A DNA stretch of 64,000 nt, from positions 2,170,001-2,234,000 of the forward strand of contig JBHGNT010000011.1 of NCBI GenBank assembly GCA_043228905.1, read 5' to 3'. Positions 54,620 through 64,000 of the stretch are shown here, one piece after another; the stretch's first letter is position 1, and the number at the start of each line of letters is the position of its first letter. The DNA is from Azolla caroliniana. Lineage: Eukaryota > Plantae > Polypodiophyta. The notes below the pieces were generated by a model. The model was not told the DNA's origin and did not search any database. It saw nothing but the letters and a program-made list of their open reading frames with translations. Both the position numbers and the translations under genes were made by a program.

Positions 54620-55215
54620 ATGACTCTGATACAAGATATTACAAATCAAACTAATGATGAGTAAAGAATAAGATATTAAGGAGAAGAACATGCGAGAGTA
54701 AGAGATTAACGGTGTGTTTTTAGTAGAGGACATGAGACAAACATAATATATCATTGGTGTCCCATACCATTGAATGTTATACCTTGGTTGTTGAATAACG
54801 AATCCAAATAAGTGAGATTAGCCTCGCCTAGTCTCGAGATGCCATAATGGAGGGGATAGTTAATCCTCTTTATATAGCTCCACACCTAAGGCTCTTAGAC
54901 CACAACATTTCTACGTGTCATAGATCCTTATGGGTTTGTCCTATTTCCTAAGATAATCGGTTTCCCAACTGTCCTACCCTTAACACATTAAAATTAGATA
55001 TAGAATTGGTTCGTTAGATTACACCAATAACACATTGCCATATGCACATTTAGAATATTATGTAGAGTATTTCTTCTTCATATGTTCCTAAGATAATCGA
55101 TTTCCCAACTATCCTACCCTTAACACATTAAAATTAGACATAGAATTGGTTCGTTAGGTTATTCCAATAATGCATATCCATATGCACATTTCAAATATTA
55201 TGTAGAATATATCTC
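54620..55215 (-). mobile_element. LTR fragment with PBS-like edge and a ~140-bp tandem duplication (~54945-55215)
   Basis: CTCTGATAC at ~54625; reverse TATA at ~54870; duplicated CCTAAGATAATCG...ATTATGTAGA. Confidence 0.45.
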
Positions 55216-55506
55216 TCTTACATAAACCCATATTGTGCTTTGTGAGTAATTATGGGCAAATATTTATGTAACCTATTAGCAATGACTTTAGCAAATGACT
55301 TGTACTCCCCCCATTAAATAAATTTATGATACCTTAGACAACAAATTTATCAAAGCAATCTTCTATGATTGTGGGATGCTTCTTGAATTCCAAACTTTTT
55401 AAAACATAATAGTGATCGGTTCCTTCAGCTCTCATACATACTTCTTAAAAAACTCATTCATAAGTCTCTTAATTAGGGCTTTTATCATTTGACAAACACA
55501 ACATTA

Positions 55507-56153
55507 TGCCAAGAACACACACTCCCGATGAACAACGCTCGGCCACAACCGAGCCTAGGATAAAACACAGAAAACGGGTAATGAACGCACGACACAGTGA
55601 AGAAAAGAGTACACAAGATGTTAACGTGGAAAACCCAAACTAGGGAAAAAACCACGGCAGCCCACAGACTGCAATCTATCACTATATCAGAATGTACAAT
55701 AGTAAAGAACCGAAGCAATGACCCCGAGCTTGCTATCTTCGCCACAGGCAGCGGTTACAACAGAGGCAACGACCTCTTCCTCTCTCTCACTCTCTTTGTA
55801 CACAGTTGCGCGCTCTAATCTTGCACCAACAAGAATGAACAACAACAGTACTAAGTTTGCCCTAAGTCATATTTATACTAATATGACTTTTTGGCTATTT
55901 ACAAATATAGCCCCGATGGACTCTCAGAAACATATTTACGAATATGTCTCTTCATCCGGTGAGCACTCCTCACCGGGCCTGCATCATCCGGCGCTTGCCG
56001 GGCACACGTCATCCGGTTCTCACCGGGTCTTTCGTTGTCGGGTACTCGTCATCCGGTTCTCACCGAGTCTTCCATAGCCGGGTACTCAACATCCGGTTTG
56101 CTCATCATCCCTGTTCTTTTCACTTCCCATCCAGAGGGACCTGTTTCCTAACA
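55507..56153 (-). mobile_element. Solo LTR
   Basis: TG...AACA termini, perfect TSD CATTA, homologous to 59757-60519. Confidence 0.9.
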
Positions 56154-56240
56154 CATTACTCTCTACACTTCATGCCTCATCTATACATCTGAGTATTTTG
56201 ATAATTACATGCATTAGTAATTCTTACAATGAGCTCATCA

Positions 56241-56643
56241 AAATTCTTTGAATGTCTTAATTCAGTAAATTATTACATTTATCCATCAAATTTGTCTTGG
56301 CAATTAATTTTCATCTTTTGATTAAAGCATGTTGAATCCCCTAGCCATTTTTTGCATAATGTTAACAAACTGATCTCGCACATTACATCCTTCAACTTTA
56401 GCATGTTCCACAAATTCAACCAACAATTGTCTGATGTATAATTCTTTGAATGTCTTAATTCAATAAATTATTACATTTATCCATCAAATTTGTCTTGGCA
56501 ATTAATTTTCATCTTTTGATTAAAGCATGTTGAATCCCATATTTTCTAGCGATTTTTTGCACAATGTTGACAAACAGATCTCGCACATTACATCCTTCAA
56601 CTTTAGCATGTTCCACAAATTCAACCAACAATTGTCTGATGTA
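56241..56643. repeat. ~200-bp tandem duplication, two copies
   Basis: AATTCTTTGAATGTC...TTGTCTGATGTATA occurs twice. Confidence 0.9.
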
Positions 56644-56817
56644 TATATGGGTAACGGAACACTTTATGATGGAGGAATTATGAGTTAAATCTCAATGGGT
56701 TTTTTTTCACAAAATGTCATGAAAATGAGTTACCGACCGTTGAGAAAATTCAAATACAAGTGGAAAAATTGTTAGACGAGATTGCCCATGATCAATTGTA
56801 AAGTCCAATACATCTCT

Positions 56818-56886
<69 letters not shown>

Positions 56887-56899
56887 GCTAATTTTGGAA

Positions 56900-57362
56900 T
56901 ATGACATTGCAAATATTAACCCCTGATATTGGTCTCAATCCAAAGAAAAAAATGTTAGAACGTATCCAATTGCATCTCATTATCCCCATCAGCCTTGGCT
57001 TTCGGAGAGCCTTAACACTTCTTCGAACTCACTCACACAAGTTAGGTCATGTTGAGGAGCATCATGGCATCATTGCCCACAAATAGGAAGATATGCAAGG
57101 TACGCAATGAGAACCTAGTAGAGGATGAATATTACTTATTGTATGCTCAGGGGATAAGGTAATTAGGGAGAAATATGATAACTTGTTAAACGGGCATGAT
57201 AATGTGAGTGACATGCTCAGATTTCCATTGAGACAGATTTTTCACATCAAGAGTTTTACTACATAGTAGTAAGCCTTGTTCTTAGGAATGAGTCACATAC
57301 AAGATGATACTTTGGTTTGATCCTTAGGTCATGGAAAATAAAATTTCCATTCTATTCTATTT
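56900..57362 (+). mobile_element. Decayed 3' end of a non-LTR element (RTE/RTEX-like)
   Basis: LRTHSHKL...VEDEYY.L remnant followed by AATAAA and an (ATTCT)n tail. Confidence 0.5.
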
Positions 57363-57410
57363 TGGTTTATCTACCTCTCTATTACTCCATGCATATTTTC
57401 TTAATACACT

Positions 57411-58577
57411 AGATCTCACAATGTATGGGTTCAACCCATGACCTCCTGGTCTCAATTGAGCATCCATCTCTCTCTCTCTCTCTCTTAAATTGTGGAATGT
57501 AGGGGTTGAACCCATGACCTCATGGTCTCCATTGAGCTACATCCATTGGAGCATCTCTCTCTCTCTCTCAAATTGTGGAATGTAGGGGTTGAGCCCATGA
57601 CCCCCTAGTCTCCATTGAGCTACATCCATTGGAGCATCTCTCTTAAGAAACAAACACCCTACACCCTCCTCCTCCTTGAGACGGGATCGCTTCCCATTGA
57701 GATCATGGCCATGGAAAGGGTTGTTGAATACATGCTTAAGGAAAAAAATCTCTCACATCGACTTCCTAGAATTGCATGGGAAGCAAGCAAAAAGATCCAA
57801 AAGACGCATAAAAGCAAAATTTTGTGTTCCGGTTGGATGCAAGATTTAGAAAAATTGTTTGGTAGATGGGATGCAAGACACTTGCTTCATGATGCATGGT
57901 AGATGGGATGCGAGACACTTGCTTCATGATGCATCATTAGATTCCTTTGTAAATGGGGCCTTTTTGCAACGCCAATGTATCATGGCATGGGACAAATGTG
58001 GAGGCTCACGCTTCACACATTATACTACACATGTTGCCATTCGAACCATTGATTCCATGCGACTTAGGTCACATGCATTGCAATGTGAAACAGGGCGTTG
58101 GGGCACAAGTGATGAGAGTGGTCGACTATGCACACTTTGCCCTAAACAAGTTCGCGAGTCTGAGTATCACACTTTGATACAATGCTCTGCCTTTGATCAT
58201 ATTCGACCATGCTTTCCACATCTCTTCGACTGAGCCCAATCCTTGCATGAATTCCTCTCACAACCACAATGTGCACTCTCGATTGCAACATTCATTGGTA
58301 AAGTTCTTGAACATCGAGAGTCACTACTCACTTTCACACGTATCACGTGAAATGTAATATTCTTGGTCTCATAGGTCATATTTGACCTCCAAAGACGATA
58401 ATATAATCTATCTATCTATCTATCTCAAATTGTGGAATGTAGGGGTTGAGCCCATGACCTCCTAGTCTCCATTGAGCTACATCTATTAGAGCATGCCTCT
58501 CTCTCTCTCTCTTAAACTACAGAATGTAAGGGTTGAACCCATGACCTCCTCCTCTCCATTGAGTTACATCCATTAAA

Positions 58578-58622
<45 letters not shown>

Positions 58623-58792
58623 TGGAATGGAAGAGTTGAACCGATAACCACTTGGTCTCCATTGAGCAACCTTACCAATTGAGCTACATCCATTAGATTA
58701 TGTTTGTCTCTCTCTCTCTTAAATTGTGGAATGTAGAGGTTGAACCCCTGACCTCCCGTCCTGTTCTCCATTGAGCAACATCCATTAGAGCA

Positions 58793-58872
<80 letters not shown>

Positions 58873-59075
58873 ATTGTAATTAGCTTACCCTAGTGGTAAG
58901 TTGTTGCACTACATTTTGGGTTCAAAGCCGAATTTTATAACCTCACTATTACTCCATATATATTTCTTAATTCACTAGATGCCACTATGGAATGTAGGGG
59001 GATCAACGCATGACCTCTTGATCTCCATTGGGCAACCTTACTAACTGAGCTACATCCATCTGGGCTCTCTCTCTC
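57411..59075 (-). repeat. Tandem array of ~8 tRNA-derived SINE-like units separated by (CT)n
   Basis: The minus-strand unit GGATGTAGCTCAAT(TGG...)...ATGGGTTCAACCCCTACATTCCA has Pol III A-box and B-box matches. Units start at about 57411, 57488, 57570, 58426, 58514, 58617, 58721 and 58985. Confidence 0.75.
57644..58425 (+). mobile_element. 5'-truncated RTE/RTEX-like LINE 3' end inserted in the SINE-like array
   Basis: LLETGSLPIE...RLRSHALQCETGRW...RLCTLC...ESEYHTLIQC (CCHC), ending in a (TCTA)n tail. Confidence 0.75.
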
Positions 59076-59244
59076 TTTGTGCTTATAATTATAGCCACTT
59101 TTCACACTATTGGAACTCTAAATGTAACAAATTTATTAAGTTGTTGTTTTCTCCTTTAGTTGTAAACCAAAAATTCATAGATAGAAGCATAACTGCTAAC
59201 AATGACTTTTCTCTCAATAAATCTATGCTTTGGTTGAGTTGTAG

Positions 59245-59321
59245 TGTAAAGAATCGGTGGTGATTCTTGTGCAACGGAATAGACTAGAGATATGTGTTGT
59301 GAGTGAGTGTGTGTGTGTATG

Positions 59322-59374
<53 letters not shown>

Positions 59375-62300
59375 CACAAGATAGATAGATTTGAACAAGA
59401 ATAGAATACTCAAGACAATGTATATTACAAGGGAGATTAGCCGAACTTATTACAAAGTAAGAGGAGAGTGCTTTATATAGTCTCCCTCTCTCTTCATTAA
59501 CTACCGAAGTTCATGGGTCATGGGGAATGTGAAAGCTCATTAGTTATGTGTCATAGAATATGATTCTATGACACATAGTTAATGTGTGGATAAGAGTGGT
59601 GACTTTTGACCTTTGACTGCACACTCTCAAGGGTGTGTTCACACACTAGACTAGGTTGAGCTTGATTCTCAACACGCCCCCTCAAGCTCAATTTTGGTTG
59701 GCTACTTCGGTTGATGTCCGCTTCGGCTCGTATCCGGTTCGGACAGTATCCGATACTGACGGGAACCCAACGTTCCTTATGCGCAACGCTCGGCCACAAC
59801 CGAGCTTCTTTTCATACACAGAAAACGGGAAATAAAACACGACACAGAGAAGAGAAATGGTACACAGGAGGTTTACGTGGAAAACCCTAAACTAGGAGAA
59901 AAACCACGGCAGCCCACGGGCTGCAAACTGTCACTATGTATGAATGTACAAAACAGTGAGTACACTGAGGCAACGACCTCGAACTCACGATCTTCGCCAC
60001 AGGCGGCGGTTACAACAGAGGCAACGACCTCGTCTCTCTCTCTACCTCTCTGTACAGTTACGCACTCTCTCCTTTTTCTTGCACCAACAAGAAAAATGAC
60101 AACAACTACAACTGTTACTAAAAGTTTGCCCTAAGTCATATTTATACTAATATGACTTTTCGGCTATTTACAAATATAGCTTCGATGGGCTCTCAGAAAC
60201 ATATTTACGAATATATCTCTTCCTCCGGTTCATACCGGGCCTGCACCATCCGGCTCTCCGTAGCCGGGTACTCCTCATCCGGTTCATACCGGGCCTGCAC
60301 CATCCGGCTCTCCGTAGCCGGGTACTCTTCATCCGGTTCATACCAGGCCTGCACCATCCGGCTCTCCGTAGCCGGGGTACTCTTCATCCGGTTCATACCG
60401 GGCCTGCACCATCCTGCTCTCCGTAGCCGGGTACTCATCATATCGTTTCGGCCTCGGCCGAGTTTGTTCGTCGGCACTGTTCTTCTCCCTTCCCATCCGG
60501 AGGGACCTGTCTCCCAACAGATACATCCGGCTTGTACTCCCCCTCATGCTTGGCAAGTCAAGGACCGTCAACCCAAGGTCTGACAGGAATTGTCGAAGCT
60601 TGTCAGCTCCTAGGGCTTTGGTGAAGATGTCGATTGTCTGAAGATTCGTAGACATATGTTGAAGGTTGACATCGCCAGTCTGAACACACATCGCCAGCCT
60701 AAACACGCTCTCGAATGAAGTGATATTGCACTTCGATATGCTTCGTGCGTGCATGGAACATCGAGTTCCGAGCCAGATAAATATTGCTCATGTTGTCGCA
60801 GTAAAGGAGAATCAGATCTTTGATGGGAACGCCTAGATCCTTTAATATCCTCTTGAGCCATACGACTTCACATGCAGCCACTGTCGCGCCCCTGTATTCC
60901 GTCTCTTTGCTCGAAAGAGCGACGGTTGGTTGCTTTTTGCCACTCCAAGATATTGCTCCGCTGCCGAGGGAAAAAACAAATTCGGAGGTTGATCTTTTAT
61001 CAGCTTTGTAGCCGGCCCAATCGGTGTCTGTGTACCCCTCGAGTCGTATTGGCATCGCGGTCTTGTAGAGGATGACGCAATCCATTGTGCCACTCACATA
61101 TCGTAGAACTCGCTTAGCGCAATCCAAGTGAGTATTACGCAGTGTTTGCATGAATTGGCTCAGGAGACCGACCGGATAACTAAGATCGGGTCGAGTGATC
61201 GTGAGGTAAATGAGACTCCCGATGAGTTGCCGATACTGAGTCAGCTCACACACTTTGGTGCCGGAGTTCGCATCTAGTTTGAGAATGCGATCGAGCGGGG
61301 TTGCCGCATATTTGCACTCAACCATACCGAACTTGTATAACAAGTTGAGGATGTAGTGCCGTTGAGAGATCATGATTCCGGCCGGATTCCAAATTACCTC
61401 GATGCTGAGGAAGTAGTGGAGCTCCTTCATGTCCGTCATCTCGAACTTGTCGGAAAGGATGGATTTTACCTTATTGATTTCGACGAGATGCTCACATCCA
61501 ATGACTAGGTCATCCACATATAAGATGATGACGATCGGACTTGTGGAATCACTTCGTATGTAGAGGGAGTTGTCCGATTTTGACATACGGAAGCCGATTT
61601 GATGAAGATATTGCGTTATCTTCGAATGCCAAGCACGCAGTGCTTGCTTGAGGCTGTAGAGTGGCTTCTTGAGTCGACATACAGCTTTCGGATGGGTGCA
61701 ATTACGGTCCGTACCGTCGTCATCTTTGTCACCGAGGCAAAGGTCTCTTCGTAGTCAACTCCGTGCATTTGTGCGTAGCCTTTCGCTACGAGTCACGCTT
61801 TGTAGCGTTTGACGAAACCGTCGGCGTTGTACTTCACTTTGTAAATCCATCTGCATCTGATCGCCTTTTTGTGTGGTGAGGTGGGAACGAGATCCCATGT
61901 CTCGTTCTTGCGTAGTACTTGCATCTCCTCGTTCATGGCTTCGATCCATCGCGGATCCTTGGTTGCTTCGGAAAATGTTTTGGGCTTTGTCACCACCTTC
62001 ATCATAAAGGAATAGTGATATGCCATGTAGTCATTGTAGCCAAATCGGCTGACCGGATTCTTTTCACGGGTGGAGCAACGGAGCTTTTCATTTGCAGAGA
62101 TGAGGGCTTTCTTAGCTCCGATTGGTACATCGAAGCCGCCGAACTCACTGTCGAGTGAGTGAGTCGACTCATCGTCGTCAAAGCGATCGTCTTCATATTC
62201 CAACATTTTCACCTTGCCTTTGTCCATCTTCGGGCTAGGCCGTGATGTGCTTTGATCACTCGGGTGCTCTTGTGGCCCACTTAGCCTTGTGGTAATCGGG

Positions 62301-64000
62301 CTATCTTCGAACATGTCTTCGAGGCGATCTCCACCTTCTTGCTCTTGTTCAGCCAGTTCCGTGTCGATCGGGGTCGAAATCAGAATCTTCTCTAGTGCGT
62401 ACCAGGATGCGGATTCGTCGAACACGACGCCTTGACTTACTCGAACTTTTCGGGTAGATGGGTTGTAGCATTTGTACCCCTTTTGTTCGAGTGAGTATCC
62501 TACGAGGATACATTTCTCCGACTTTGGATCTAGCTTTTGCCGCTTTTCGTCGGGTATGTGCATGTATGCTATTGCGCCAAATATCCAGGTGTGCGATAAG
62601 TCCGACTTCTTTCCGAAGTATTTTTCATGCGGAGTGACCTCGTGCTCTCCGGACGTTGTGCACCGGTTCATTAGGTAGACGACCGTATTTGCAGCTTCGG
62701 CCCAATATGACTTGGGCATATGCTTCTTGTTCATCATGGCCCACGCTACTTCGAGGATGTGCCGATTTTTGCGCTCGGCTACTCCGTTTTGTTGCGGAGT
62801 GTGTCAGCAAGTGAAGTCTCGCCAAATTCCTTCCTTTCGGAGATACGCCGTGAAATCATCTGAGAAATACTCCTTGCCGCCATCCGATCGAAGGCATCGT
62901 ACATGACGACCAGTGGCTTTTTCGACTTCGTTTTTAAACCTTTGGAAGTGTCCGAACACTTCGCTCTTTTGCCGCATCGGATAGAGCCACGTGTGCCTGG
63001 AGAAGGCGTCAATGAAGAGCACGTAATATCGGCATCCGCCGAATGTAGCCGTCTGCGCCGGTCCCCATACGTCGGAATGGACTACGTCGAGTAGACCTTT
63101 GCTCACGTTCCGCTCTTTCGGGAATGGGTGTCAGTGTTGCTTGCCGAATTGGCACGCTTCGCATACACCTTCAATCTCCTTCTCTTTGAATGTTGGGAGT
63201 CCGATGACGACTCCTTTCGATTTCATTGCTTTAAGTTTGTTGAGATTGATGTGGTTGATTCGCTTGTGCCATAGCTCTATGTCGGAGTCGGCTTTCATGC
63301 TTCTTGTGAACATGGCGGATTTCATCTCGTGTGAATCGGGAATGAACATCCAACCCTCTCTTCTTCCGCGCGCGATGATTCGGCCCTCTTTTTCGATGAA
63401 GTGCCATTCTTAGTCGAATCGTACTTGCATCCCTTGCTCAACCATTTGGCCGACCGAGACCAAATTGGGAACATGCAAGACATTTTTAATGTATGTTTGC
63501 TTACCTCTTTCGCGAACGGAACATTGCCGATGTGCCGAATCGGGTGCGTAGTGTCATCTCCGGTTTCGACATAACCGGGTTGCTCCAACTCTCGAAGTTC
63601 GAGAAACCATTCTTTATGAGATGTCATATGGTTTGAGGCTCCGGAGTCAACAAACCATACGTCCTCCGGATTGAGGGCACTAGCTGAGGTAGAGGCCGAC
63701 ATAGAGTTTACTCTATGTTTCATCATGAACATTCCGTCACGGTCGAAGTTGTGTGCATACATTCCGCCACGATCTTCGTAGTCGGAGTTGTGCCCGTACA
63801 TTCAGTCGGAATTGTGCGCGTAATTCGTGAGTTGTCGGCTTGTGGAAGCCAATTCGCACATCTTCTTTCGGTACTCTTCTTCGTGGTGGCCGAGCTTTCC
63901 GCAATATCCGCATTCGGTTGCATTTTGACGGCTCGGGCCGGAGTGGAAGCTCCCCCTTCTTGCGAAGGTTCCTCGTTGGCTTCCGTTTTGCGGCCGAAAT
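59245..64000 (-). mobile_element. Ty1/copia element that runs off the window: 3' LTR 59245-59674, RH-RT-IN-PR and end of gag, frameshifted
   Basis: WFVDSGASNHM, VVHSDVWGP, KLDPKSEKCILVGY, WIYKVKY, ILYVDDLVI, TRPDLSY, ARTKHIEV, DIFTKALG. It is a close relative of 37807-41743. Confidence 0.95.
59757..60519 (-). mobile_element. Solo LTR with four copies of a ~54-bp tandem repeat (~60218-60440), inserted in the copia 3' spacer
   Basis: Perfect TSD GATAC; TG...CAACA termini; homologous to 55507-56153. Confidence 0.92.

Noticed and set aside
58617-58700. Functional tRNA gene
   Set aside because: A/B boxes are present but I cannot fold a convincing anticodon arm, and the copies are divergent.
57411-59075. 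CRISPR-like repeat-spacer appearance
   Set aside because: Spacers are (CT)n rather than unique sequences, repeats are ~70-85 bp and degenerate, the context is eukaryotic, and there are no cas genes.
60152-60583. Repetitive ORFs on both strands (YEPDEEYPATESRMVQAR)
   Set aside because: They are a by-product of the 54-bp LTR minisatellite, whose length is a multiple of 3.

Overview
Eukaryotic plant genomic DNA with GT-AG introns. A fern or other seed-free vascular plant is my inference, from the PLS-E PPR style and a Tcn1-like chromovirus; it is not proven. The first ~17 kb holds the host genes: the 3' end of an E-class PPR gene, an intact 5-exon aldo-keto reductase followed by a decayed hAT transposase and a pseudogenised tandem copy, and a 10-exon minus-strand nucleotide-sugar transporter. 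From ~19 kb onward the window is a nest of retroelements: four Ty1/copia copies, a chromovirus, a Tcn1-like gag, non-autonomous gypsy derivatives, several solo LTRs with target-site duplications (TSDs), L1- and RTE-like LINE remnants, and a tandem array of tRNA-derived units. The most unusual signals are: (i) an LTR family with a tRNA-Trp PBS that appears to insert at ACGT with 4-bp TSDs and carries a tRNA-like A/B-box module in its LTR; (ii) a Tf1-type self-priming signature in the Tcn1-like element; (iii) a copia family with two PPTs flanking a variable spacer, including a young RT-less copy; (iv) a microsatellite-spaced tRNA-SINE array. All coordinates were read by eye and no searches were run.
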